Virus record (IMG/VR): IMGVR_UViG_3300020440_000028
Location: 1-41,133 of that record
Direction: 5' to 3' (one strand)
DNA: 41,133 nt
From: a virus
Taxonomy: Duplodnaviria > Caudoviricetes
The notes beneath the pieces were generated by a model, which saw nothing but the letters and a program-made list of their open reading frames with translations, searched no databases and had not been told where the DNA came from. Of the stretch, positions 9,493-17,113 are shown piece after piece; positions within the stretch are counted from its first letter, which is position 1, and every line of letters begins with the position of its first letter. Position numbers and translations under genes: made by a program.

Positions 9493-9640
9493 CGGGGTAC
9501 GTGGTCCGCGGATCGGGGACCAGTTCCCGCGGATCACGACGGGCGGATCTTGGACGGCTGGCATAGGATCGGGGCGGGGCGGGAGCTGCTCGACGGCGGG
9601 CGGTACGTTTAGGATCAAGCGCGGACGGCGGGCCGTTGCG
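9493..9640 (+). repeat. degenerate GC-rich heptamer array, consensus ~CGCGGAT
   Basis: GGATC at 9510, 9531, 9545, 9566 (spacings 21, 14, 21); units cggggta cgtggtc cgcggat cggggac cagttcc cgcggat. Confidence 0.65.
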
Positions 9641-9663
9641 TGTTTAACTCTAAAATAGCGGAC

Positions 9664-9690
9664 AAAAAAAAGCCCGCGGTAAAGCGGGCT
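9664..9690 (-). terminator. intrinsic terminator
   Basis: AGCCCGC-tttacc-GCGGGCT followed by T tract on minus strand. Confidence 0.9.
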
Positions 9691-9711
9691 AAGTTTGAGC
9701 TGTAACGGGAT

Positions 9712-9936
9712 TTAAGTGTGTAAATAGCCGTCGGGTTCGATCCCGTAGGTTATGCCCCCGTAGACAATTAAAGCGGTGTCCCGTGCGCCTATTTCAGGAT
9801 AACAAGACCGCCGAAAATCTAAGAAGCTAATCGGAACGCGATCTTTAAGAATACCCGCGACATAAATATTAAATGTGGGCTTCTGGCGATCATATAACCG
9901 CTTCAAAGCTTTTAATTGATATTTGTTAAGTTTCAT
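9712..9936 (-). CDS. hypothetical accessory protein
   Basis: TAATG coupling; C-terminal GIEPDGYLHT. Confidence 0.8.
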   Translation of the reverse strand: MKLNKYQLKALKRLYDRQKPTFNIYVAGILKDRVPISFLDFRRSCYPEIGARDTALIVYGGITYGIEPDGYLHT

Positions 9937-10178
9937 TAGTCCGCCCCCGTTAACAATTTGTGATCGCTCCCCCTAGGATCAATTTTAATTTTTAATTCGT
10001 CGGGAATGTGGTCCACTAACTCCATAAAAAGTTTAAAACGTTTTTCGGCTAATTCTTCACGCCCGCAAGCTTGCATAGTCAAAGCAAAATCAATATTAAA
10101 TTTAATCGCTTCTCTTAAACTATTGTTTCGCTGTCGTACAGCTCCGCGCCCTCTATATGATTTTGATAAATTAGTCAT
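9936..10178 (-). CDS. hypothetical accessory protein
   Basis: AACTATGGAG RBS box and own promoter. Confidence 0.8.
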   Translation of the reverse strand: MTNLSKSYRGRGAVRQRNNSLREAIKFNIDFALTMQACGREELAEKRFKLFMELVDHIPDELKIKIDPRGSDHKLLTGAD

Positions 10179-10227
10179 AGTTTTTTTACTCCATAGTTTG
10201 AAACGGGCTTAATTACCCGCTAGGGAC

Positions 10228-10255
10228 AGTATAAGACAATCTAAGATCGAATCAA
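10228..10255 (-). promoter_or_regulatory. sigma70-type promoter with operator boxes
   Basis: TTGATT-16-TATACT containing ATCTTAGA and GTCTTATA. Confidence 0.7.
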
Positions 10256-10262
10256 GCCCCAT

Positions 10263-10287
10263 AAAAAAAAGCCCGCGTTAACGGGCT
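10263..10287 (-). terminator. intrinsic terminator
   Basis: AGCCCG-ttaacg-CGGGCT plus T tract. Confidence 0.88.
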
Positions 10288-10311
10288 TAATTTGGGCGCT
10301 GTGGGGCGGGT

Positions 10312-11031
10312 TTATTGCTTGCCAATATCCCCCGCAATGTGGTGTCTCAATATTCTACGGGGCGGAATAGTTTTGACAAACTCCCGCAATATTTCCGCGT
10401 CGGTTCGGTCTTGCTGTTTTTTTGCTAATCGTTCCCAATGTATGTTTACATTTCCGCCGTTAGCATAGCACCCGCCCCGCTCATTATTATTTATGCGGTT
10501 CTTTTGGTTCCCGTGCGCTGTAAACCCGATTATATAATCTCGATCGGATCGGGCGCATAGCGGACCAGAAACGCCCCCGCAATTCACACAACTAACAGTT
10601 GATATATATTCTTCAGGACAGCGGACAACCCGCACCCCGTCCCGCTCAATAGATCGCGCCCCGCCCCAAAAGTTTTGTGCAACTGTCAAAACTGTGGGGA
10701 TCGCGCATTCTTTAAAGAAATATAAAACGTCTTTCCAAATATCCGCGCTGTAATTGATCGTTGCGAATTTCTGAGGGGGGAAATAATCTTTAAACCATAA
10801 GATCGGGTTAAAATGCGAAAAAGTGAAAGCAAAACCGCCCGCGGGGACACTGTTGTAAATGACGTTTAAATAATCATAATCAACTTCTTTATCTTCACAC
10901 CCGCGCCCACTAGGATTTAATTGACAGCTAACGGGGCAGGTTCCGAATTTGTCCCCTGATCCCGCCCGATAAGTAACAGCTAACCCTTTAGTTTTTTTGC
11001 CCGTCGAAAATTCATTTACTAATAAAACCAT
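10312..11031 (-). CDS. Cys-rich probable Fe-S/Zn protein, DUF7227/gp88-like
   Basis: TCPVSC, FTFSH, INYSAD, RCP..SCVNC..PLCAR..IIGFTAHG, GCYA..HW, LRHHIAGD; start moved to MVLLV (GGGAG SD). Confidence 0.7.
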   Translation of the reverse strand: MVLLVNEFSTGKKTKGLAVTYRAGSGDKFGTCPVSCQLNPSGRGCEDKEVDYDYLNVIYNSVPAGGFAFTFSHFNPILWFKDYFPPQKFATINYSADIWKDVLYFFKECAIPTVLTVAQNFWGGARSIERDGVRVVRCPEEYISTVSCVNCGGVSGPLCARSDRDYIIGFTAHGNQKNRINNNERGGCYANGGNVNIHWERLAKKQQDRTDAEILREFVKTIPPRRILRHHIAGDIGKQ

Positions 11032-11065
11032 TTTTAAAAACTCCCGTGTTATAAGATTTATCCCA

Positions 11066-11104
11066 TATATACATAAAAAAAGGGCGGATGTAAACACCCG
11101 CCCC
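11066..11104 (-). promoter_or_regulatory. terminator with embedded promoter
   Basis: GGGCGG hairpin + T tract; TTTACA-17-TATATA with -35 in the hairpin; ATGGGAT-AA-ATCTTAT just downstream. Confidence 0.7.
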
Positions 11105-11127
11105 AAATAGATTAAATTTTAAAGTTT

Positions 11128-12162
11128 TTAAACTACGGCTAGTTCTTGGAAACTTTCCGAAGCTTCAACCCGTAAAACTTCCCGCTCCCGCTCAATAAGG
11201 GTTCTTTCTACGTTGTCGCGGTTGTCGGAATTTTTAACCTTGAACGTTTCGGAGTTGTGGGAGCTGTAATAGGTCAAGGCGGAATATAAAGCCCAGACAG
11301 AAGTTCCCCGATTTTGGAATTCCTTGTCTAATTGCTCCATCATGGCACGGGCTTTTCGACTCTGGATCTCTCCCGCAACCTTGCCTTTTTTCTCGGCTCT
11401 GGCTATCTCGCTTTCTGACGCGGGGTAATTTGCATCAAGAACAGCTTGTGCTTGTTCGGGTGTTATCTCCCTATTCGCCCATTGCTCCCAAACTTTCACC
11501 TTAGTTTCATAAAAGGCTATCTGCTCAGTTAACCAAGGCTTTATATATTCAGGTTTAAAACCCGCCGTATGTCCCCAGTTCTGAGCGCCTAGTTCTTTTT
11601 GGCTAGTCATGCCATTAGTACAGATAAGATCAAGCGCACCCGCTTGAACGCGGATAGCTGTTTGACCGCCAAAAGAATTTACAACCCGCACCATAAAATT
11701 TAACTGGGTTCCGCTTCCTGATAACTGGCGGATCTCATGCCCGAGCCCGTCGAAGTGATAGCCGAACCTAGCAACAGATCCCCCGTCGGCGGTACTCTCG
11801 ATTAACTTTACATTGTTCATTGCGCCTTTTGGGAGTGTGTCTTCAAGCGCTTCTTGTACAGGGACAATAAGATCATCATTATTACAAATAGCATAGCGCT
11901 TTTTCATAATACCTAAGATGTCGTTGTTATCGGTCCTGACTATAGCTTGACCGCCTTCAGGATCTATTGATTTAAAATCGGACCAAATGATCTTATCTTT
12001 TCCCTTATCGTCTTTAACAAGGGTGCTAGTTGTCCCGTACTGAATGGGTCTAAACTCAGCCTTATAAGAACATTTATCCAAAGGCGGAAAGCCCTCAAAA
12101 GATTCGTTTTGCTCCGCCTTGGCAGAAGCATTACTCAAAAGATTGTTTACAATATCGTTCAT
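11128..12162 (-). CDS. DUF932-family protein
   Basis: AIVRTD..ILG..RY..N, NSFGG, LICTNGM, HT, RGTSVWALYSALTYYSSH. Confidence 0.85.
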   Translation of the reverse strand: MNDIVNNLLSNASAKAEQNESFEGFPPLDKCSYKAEFRPIQYGTTSTLVKDDKGKDKIIWSDFKSIDPEGGQAIVRTDNNDILGIMKKRYAICNNDDLIVPVQEALEDTLPKGAMNNVKLIESTADGGSVARFGYHFDGLGHEIRQLSGSGTQLNFMVRVVNSFGGQTAIRVQAGALDLICTNGMTSQKELGAQNWGHTAGFKPEYIKPWLTEQIAFYETKVKVWEQWANREITPEQAQAVLDANYPASESEIARAEKKGKVAGEIQSRKARAMMEQLDKEFQNRGTSVWALYSALTYYSSHNSETFKVKNSDNRDNVERTLIEREREVLRVEASESFQELAVV

Positions 12163-12183
12163 AGTTTTTTCCTATAGTTAGTT

Positions 12184-12246
12184 AAAATAAAACGGGGCGA
12201 GATTACCCCGCCCCAGAAGAATATAAGATAATATGAGATGGGTCAA
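12184..12246 (-). promoter_or_regulatory. promoter-hairpin cassette copy A
   Basis: TTGACC-17-TATTCT then GGGGCGGGG-TAAT-CTCGCCCC-GTTTTATTTT. Confidence 0.8.
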
Positions 12247-12608
12247 GCCCTTAACAAGTCTTTATTCTTTCTTCTTCCTAGTCGGTCTTGGTAATCAACA
12301 AACCACCTCATAAAATCTTGGTCATTAGTCATTGAGCTAACAGAACCACTTGAGTGATTGCAATCCAAATCATCATATCGAGCGCACCATAACCACTCCC
12401 CAAAACTATATTTTTCTTCAAACGTTAAAAAATATAAATCATATACTCGATCGTTGTAGTGCCAATCTACATGAGCATAAAAAGAATACTTATGGTGCTT
12501 GCAACTATTTTCAAACTTCGGCTCATAAGAAATAACTTTGTATGGCATCCCCAGTTTTCTATTCTTAAAACCCATCTCATAATCCCAACGTATCAAATTA
12601 CTAATCAT
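12243..12608 (-). CDS. hypothetical aromatic-rich protein
   Basis: AACTATGGGAG RBS box and own cassette. Confidence 0.8.
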   Translation of the reverse strand: MISNLIRWDYEMGFKNRKLGMPYKVISYEPKFENSCKHHKYSFYAHVDWHYNDRVYDLYFLTFEEKYSFGEWLWCARYDDLDCNHSSGSVSSMTNDQDFMRWFVDYQDRLGRRKNKDLLRA

Positions 12609-12628
12609 TGTGTACTCCCATAGTTGTT

Positions 12629-12687
12629 AAAAAAAAGGGGCGAGAATACCCCGCCCCTACAGTATGAGATTATATGGGATAGGTCAA
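12629..12687 (-). promoter_or_regulatory. promoter-hairpin cassette copy B
   Basis: TTGACC-17-TACTGT then GGGGCGGGG-TATT-CTCGCCCC-T8; near duplicate of copy A. Confidence 0.8.
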
Positions 12688-12908
12688 TAATAAATATCGT
12701 CCTCAAACTTGTTCGAAACGCTATCACAATACCCGAGCTTACGAGCTAAAGTAATTGCTTCTGGGTAATGCTTCTTTAATAAAGATATGTTGAAGCTATC
12801 CATATAAGATATTGCGCTATGTAAACGATCTACCGCTTCCGCTAGTTTCGGAGCGCGGGTATCTGCAAAGCCCTGATCGATAAGTTTATTTTCAAAAGGC
12901 GTACTCAT
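12684..12908 (-). CDS. hypothetical protein
   Basis: ATGA coupling, GAGG SD. Confidence 0.75.
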   Translation of the reverse strand: MSTPFENKLIDQGFADTRAPKLAEAVDRLHSAISYMDSFNISLLKKHYPEAITLARKLGYCDSVSNKFEDDIYY

Positions 12909-13117
12909 TTATTTTCCTCAGCAATCAACTCTTCAAGCTTATCCATATCACGATCATTAAGAGCGTCCCTGACCGATTGTTTGGCCAAAAAGTTTTTAAA
13001 TTGTTCTCGGCTCATGTCCGCCCCTATACTACACTTGTTGCAGAAGTCCTGAATAAACATCTGTGTCAGCGGATCGTGTAAAGGCTGTTCGCTAAATTCG
13101 ATAGTATTTTTTGTCAT
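12905..13117 (-). CDS. hypothetical protein
   Basis: Start moved to MTKNT; AACTATAAGGAG box. Confidence 0.8.
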   Translation of the reverse strand: MTKNTIEFSEQPLHDPLTQMFIQDFCNKCSIGADMSREQFKNFLAKQSVRDALNDRDMDKLEELIAEENK

Positions 13118-13151
13118 AGTTTTTCTCCTTATAGTTAATTGACAATGTCCC

Positions 13152-13197
13152 ATACTAAACCAAAGAAAAAGCCCCGTCAACATTTTTAACGGGGCTT
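13152..13197 (-). promoter_or_regulatory. terminator with embedded promoter
   Basis: AAGCCCCGTT...GACGGGGCTTTTT; TTGACG-17-TAGTAT with -35 in the 3' stem arm. Confidence 0.8.
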
Positions 13198-13201
13198 AGT
13201 A

Positions 13202-13303
13202 TTATCTACGTTTTTTCCTTGTTGGACGGCTATTTGCTCTTCGTTCTAAATCGTCGTACTCGGACCCGTATAGCAACCATCCAATAAACCTAAATATAAA
13301 AAT
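13202..13303 (-). CDS. 33-aa peptide, probable ATT start (not in ORF track)
   Basis: AAAGGAGGTGA SD 6 nt before ATT; MFIFRFIGWLLYGSEYDDLERRANSRPTRKKRR fills gap up to terminator. Confidence 0.6.
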   Translation of the reverse strand: MFIFRFIGWLLYGSEYDDLERRANSRPTRKKRR

Positions 13304-13319
13304 TTCTACTCACCTCCTT

Positions 13320-13703
13320 TCATAAATCTATCCGACCCCAGTTCTTAATATCGAACCTATCGGCTATCGTTACCCGAACCTCGGTATAACAATCATCGCA
13401 CAGCGGAATATCTATCCAAGGGTAGGTCCAATCTTCTTTCGAAAAACTATCCTTACCAATCTCAGCAGTTTGTTCACACCCACCACACTTTATTATGTTA
13501 TCTATTTGGGGCGGTTTCCAATCTTCATTCTCTACTGTATCGTCTAAATTGCTAAAGATTAAATCTTTTAATTCTTCGTCAGTATACTTTAGTGCTTCTC
13601 GTAATTTTGCTCTTATCTCGTCCGCGGTAATGTCAAAACCATCTTCCTTGTCGTGATCGATAGAGAAACCAAGATAAGACACACTATTATATTTCTTACC
13701 CAT
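13320..13703 (-). CDS. acidic protein with C-terminal zinc finger
   Basis: CGGC...CDDC; start moved to MGKKY. Confidence 0.75.
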   Translation of the reverse strand: MGKKYNSVSYLGFSIDHDKEDGFDITADEIRAKLREALKYTDEELKDLIFSNLDDTVENEDWKPPQIDNIIKCGGCEQTAEIGKDSFSKEDWTYPWIDIPLCDDCYTEVRVTIADRFDIKNWGRIDL

Positions 13704-14094
13704 CCTGACTATCCCTCTGATACGCGACCACAAGAAAGTTAAGATCTTCAAAGTTTTCGAGATCCTCAGCGGGAACTTGATTAGCCAAAGTGGAGTGGGT
13801 CTTTCCGCCAAACCAAGCAACACCCGTTTTATGTTTTAGAGGTTTCCACCCCTCTTTGGCAATCTCGGACAACTGCTTATCGGTCAAAAACATTTTGGGT
13901 TCATTATTAAAGAACAACTCATACAGCTCCTCAATAATATCACCGCCCATGCCGAGATGATCTTCGTCCATATTATCGGCCCAATCTTTTAACTGCCACA
14001 GCAATCTCTCTGTATCGGTATTTTGTTTCAAAACGCTGTTAAGCCATTTATCAACTTCAGGCTTCTCGCCCTCGACTAATTTAACTGGTTTCAT
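13696..14094 (-). CDS. hypothetical protein
   Basis: TACTATGGAG box; start MKPVK. Confidence 0.8.
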   Translation of the reverse strand: MKPVKLVEGEKPEVDKWLNSVLKQNTDTERLLWQLKDWADNMDEDHLGMGGDIIEELYELFFNNEPKMFLTDKQLSEIAKEGWKPLKHKTGVAWFGGKTHSTLANQVPAEDLENFEDLNFLVVAYQRDSQDG

Positions 14095-14122
14095 AGTTTT
14101 CTCCATAGTATTTATACGAACC

Positions 14123-14150
14123 AGTATATGGGACTTTATCAGACTGTCAA
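14123..14150 (-). promoter_or_regulatory. sigma70-type promoter with operator boxes
   Basis: TTGACA-16-TATACT, spacer GTCTGATA-AA-GTCCCATA. Confidence 0.8.
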
Positions 14151-14159
14151 CCCCTTATT

Positions 14160-14400
14160 GTTTATTCAGCCTCTATATATACTCAGCTAAAAAAAATTAT
14201 AAAAAAAATTCTCAGACCCCTATAAGAGATTTTGGCGATTAACGATTGTGTAACATCTCTAAAATAGTGGTGTTACGGAGGCGGTACAGACAAAGTCCTT
14301 ATAATATAGGGCTTTCAGGACGCCGTACCGCCGTACCGCCTGTACCGCCAATTCTATTCAAAAAAAAATAAAAAAAAATATCTGAACATATAATAGGTGT
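14160..14400. other. putative replication origin
   Basis: Non-coding; GTACCGCC at 14325, 14333, 14342, inverted copy at 14280; GTAACATC/GGTGTTAC pair; flanking A tracts. Confidence 0.55.
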
Positions 14401-14413
14401 GATCGACAAAATT

Positions 14414-14662
14414 TCAGGAAAATTCCTTACAATCTTTTTTTAAATTTTCTAAAACTTTTTGCAGAGCGTCTACGGCGCCCCGATTATAGGAGGCCTCTTC
14501 AGCGGATATTGCCTGACTATTAATATTGATCTTTTTATGCTCCAGTATCATCTTTTCCACCTGATCTGTGATAGTTTCGATCTTTAAACTAAGCTGTCCC
14601 ATATGCTTCATGGCCTGTGTGTGGTTACCCACGACTTTTGTATTAGTGTTTTTTATGTCCAT
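14414..14662 (-). CDS. hypothetical coiled-coil protein
   Basis: GAGGA SD, overlap-coupled. Confidence 0.7.
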   Translation of the reverse strand: MDIKNTNTKVVGNHTQAMKHMGQLSLKIETITDQVEKMILEHKKININSQAISAEEASYNRGAVDALQKVLENLKKDCKEFS

Positions 14663-14834
14663 CTCGGTCCTCGTGTAAGATCATATCGGCTAAATTTTCA
14701 AAGTCTTGCGCTATATAAACTAGGTTAGTGTGCTGTACATATTTGGCTATTTTAATTATCTTCCGCGTTTCGTCATCGTCGGGGAGCAAGCCGCGCTCCC
14801 CGTATTCGATTATATATCTAAGTATCTGCTCCAT
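14643..14834 (-). CDS. hypothetical protein
   Basis: GAGGA SD, overlap-coupled. Confidence 0.7.
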   Translation of the reverse strand: MEQILRYIIEYGERGLLPDDDETRKIIKIAKYVQHTNLVYIAQDFENLADMILHEDRDGHKKH

Positions 14835-15081
14835 TGTCCTCAGATTTTAACACTAATTCATTATAAATACTATAATGCCCTTCTTCATTTTTTTTATGTT
14901 CAATCCCGAGAATATGAAACAGTTCCCATTTTAGAGACACCAAATCACAGATATCATTGTAATCGATGGGACAATGTTGAGCCGTGGCTACTTCTATGTT
15001 TGCAAGACATTTCATACTTTTACAAATCTTGACTCTCTGTTCAGGGGTAACCTCCCATGGTTTATTTTTTGTTTTACTCAT
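14818..15081 (-). CDS. hypothetical protein
   Basis: GAGGAG SD, overlap-coupled. Confidence 0.75.
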   Translation of the reverse strand: MSKTKNKPWEVTPEQRVKICKSMKCLANIEVATAQHCPIDYNDICDLVSLKWELFHILGIEHKKNEEGHYSIYNELVLKSEDNGADT

Positions 15082-15418
15082 TATCGTTCTCCTCTTCTAT
15101 GCTTATATGTCTATCGATTTCGTCAATCGCGCCTTTAAGTTCTTTTACTGTGGCGTGTATGTTAGATGGATCTTGTCGGGCCTCGGGACAATTACGGAGC
15201 GTGTCGTAAGAATCATCTATCAAGCTCAGTAGAACTTTCTTAGCTATCCTGAGTTCGCTTGGCGGTTCTTCCAAACTCTCTGTAATTATATTGTTCTTCT
15301 TCTTGGCCCATGTTGCGAGGGCCGTGATGCAGACCTCGTAATACTCCTCGCACGTAAACGTTCCGATTTCCTCGCTCCAAGAGCCCGTTTCACTTTGTAG
15401 ATGTACCCGTACTGTCAT
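15074..15418 (-). CDS. hypothetical protein
   Basis: Start MTVRV with GGAG SD and ATGA overlap. Confidence 0.75.
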   Translation of the reverse strand: MTVRVHLQSETGSWSEEIGTFTCEEYYEVCITALATWAKKKNNIITESLEEPPSELRIAKKVLLSLIDDSYDTLRNCPEARQDPSNIHATVKELKGAIDEIDRHISIEEENDNE

Positions 15419-15699
15419 TGTTTTACGCTCCATAAAAATTTTTCAAAGTTAATATTTGTGGTCCAATTTTTTTCTCCACAATCTTCGATTTCGTCACATT
15501 CATATGCAGTACAGACAATATTTCCTTCTTCATCGTCCCACAAATTTAAGTCAAACATTCGCTTATCAAATTGTATTCCGTACCACATAGACAGATCCTC
15601 AAAGCCTTGTAGCTTATCCTCTTTCCACTCCTCTAAACATTTACAACTAAATTTTGCGAGCTGTCGCATTTCTTTATTTGAAAGTTGTAGTTCAGTCAT
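15415..15699 (-). CDS. hypothetical acidic protein
   Basis: GGAGGT SD. Confidence 0.78.
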   Translation of the reverse strand: MTELQLSNKEMRQLAKFSCKCLEEWKEDKLQGFEDLSMWYGIQFDKRMFDLNLWDDEEGNIVCTAYECDEIEDCGEKNWTTNINFEKFLWSVKQ

Positions 15700-15897
15700 T
15701 TATACCTCCACCATCTCTAGTTTTTCCCAATGGAACTCTTCTTCTATTTCTGCCCACGCGGACTCATAGCAAGAGGCATACGAATTGCTAAAGGGTGTAT
15801 CGGTATAATGGTTTATTAGATCCTGTGTCCAAAGCCCGACAAGATGCTCCAAAGACCTTTCGTGGTCCATGGGCAGTTCGTTTTTGAATGTGATCAT
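15700..15897 (-). CDS. hypothetical acidic protein
   Basis: Start MITFK, GGAGGT SD, ATGA overlap. Confidence 0.72.
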   Translation of the reverse strand: MITFKNELPMDHERSLEHLVGLWTQDLINHYTDTPFSNSYASCYESAWAEIEEEFHWEKLEMVEV

Positions 15898-16085
15898 TCT
15901 TCCACCTCCCAGATATTTTCTAACGTCCAATCATGTCCATCATCGGCCTGTTCCCAATTAGGCTCTTCAGCGTCTGGGTTATCCCCCCTTGCTATTACCC
16001 ACGCTTTGTCTTTAGTGGGCGCTTCGATTATCGCGGAATATCCAACGTCTTTTGTTGCAGTTACTCTATATTTAGGCATCGTCAT
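15894..16085 (-). CDS. small acidic protein, DpnD/PcfM-like pattern
   Basis: MPKYRVTA...IIEAPTKDKAWVIA. Confidence 0.7.
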   Translation of the reverse strand: MTMPKYRVTATKDVGYSAIIEAPTKDKAWVIARGDNPDAEEPNWEQADDGHDWTLENIWEVEE

Positions 16086-16377
16086 TCTCCTTGCTCTTCC
16101 TCAACGTTTCTTCGGCCATGCTTATAACGGACGCTGTATCGGGATCAATATCTCGGGCGATATCGTACAGCTCGGCTAACTTTTCTTGTAGACCTTTTTT
16201 CTTAAACTTATATATCCAATCATGTAACTTGTTCGCTACCCAATACGCTTGTTCTATATCAAGACTACTGTCCCAACCAAAATCGTCATCATCTTCATCT
16301 CTGTAAGCGTGTTCGGTTACCACTTCTTGACACCTTTGTAAGATGCGCTTGACTATATATGTGTCATCATACTTCAT
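16072..16377 (-). CDS. hypothetical acidic protein
   Basis: GAGGAG SD, ATGA overlap (alternative start 16383). Confidence 0.75.
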   Translation of the reverse strand: MKYDDTYIVKRILQRCQEVVTEHAYRDEDDDDFGWDSSLDIEQAYWVANKLHDWIYKFKKKGLQEKLAELYDIARDIDPDTASVISMAEETLRKSKENDDA

Positions 16378-16694
16378 TGCCATTCTCCTCGGTCTGGAAA
16401 GGTATGTTTAAACAATAATACGTCACAATTATCGGGATCAGATACAACACCTCTACTCCACTCGCCGTTTTCATCTTGCAAGACGGGATAGACAAGCGCT
16501 TCGTACTCGTGTTTTTCTTCCTCGATTGATTGATCGAGGATGAGGTGTATATCATATGGCACCCCATCGTGCCAGATAGTGTGCCAGATATCGCACTCGC
16601 CCTCGTCTTTAAACTTACGAGCGGTAGCAATTACTTTTTTGTTGATGGCGTCCTTATCTTTTTCGTAATCGGCTTTAAAATCGCGTATTGTCAT
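16374..16694 (-). CDS. hypothetical acidic protein
   Basis: AACTATAGGAG box; promoter TTGACA-17-TTATAT at 16723-16751. Confidence 0.8.
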   Translation of the reverse strand: MTIRDFKADYEKDKDAINKKVIATARKFKDEGECDIWHTIWHDGVPYDIHLILDQSIEEEKHEYEALVYPVLQDENGEWSRGVVSDPDNCDVLLFKHTFPDRGEWQ

Positions 16695-16754
16695 ATTTTT
16701 CTCCTATAGTTGACATAATCTCATATAATCACAGATAAAATGGCCTGTCAACAC

Positions 16755-16823
16755 AAAAAAAGCCCCCTAGATATCTAGAGGGCTCTTCTTTAACTACGGG
16801 AGAGGGCCTATGACTTCCCTCAG
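16755..16823 (-). ncRNA. candidate ~70-nt anti-RBS sRNA
   Basis: Promoter TTGTAA-17-TATAAC (16830-16858), 5' hairpin GAGGG/CCCUC, seed UCCCGUAGUU, terminator 16755-16784, no ORF. Confidence 0.65.
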
Positions 16824-16852
16824 TATGTAGTTATACGCGACTATATAAGACT

Positions 16853-17113
16853 TTACAAGTCTTTTTTGTTTTTTATTTGTTTTTTATTATTAAATTCGTC
16901 AGGCGTGATAAATCTCTTATTTATATCGGCCCGAATACGTTTAATTGTTTCTTCGTCATCAAAAACTTTAGAGTAATCCACTTCTTTTTTCTTTTTACGG
17001 CGTGTCATACGTTTTATTGTTTCTAAAACTTCTTTACTAAAGTGCCGTATTTGGTGGTCCGTGTTTGGTTTTTTAAGAAAATTATTAATGTTCGCTAAAT
17101 ATTCTAATTTCAT
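16853..17113 (-). CDS. hypothetical basic protein
   Basis: ATGA coupling. Confidence 0.65.
   Translation of the reverse strand: MKLEYLANINNFLKKPNTDHQIRHFSKEVLETIKRMTRRKKKKEVDYSKVFDDEETIKRIRADINKRFITPDEFNNKKQIKNKKDL

Noticed and set aside
9272-9618. Three short ORFs in the parS/heptamer block
   Set aside because: Pro/Arg-rich translations of repeats; NVSRET is simply parS read as codons.
9732-9745. tRNA T-arm-like CGGGTTCGATCCCG
   Set aside because: No acceptor, D or anticodon arms; lies antisense within a good CDS.
12184-12687. CRISPR-like repeats
   Set aside because: Only two copies, separated by a full gene, and they are promoter-terminator units; no cas genes.
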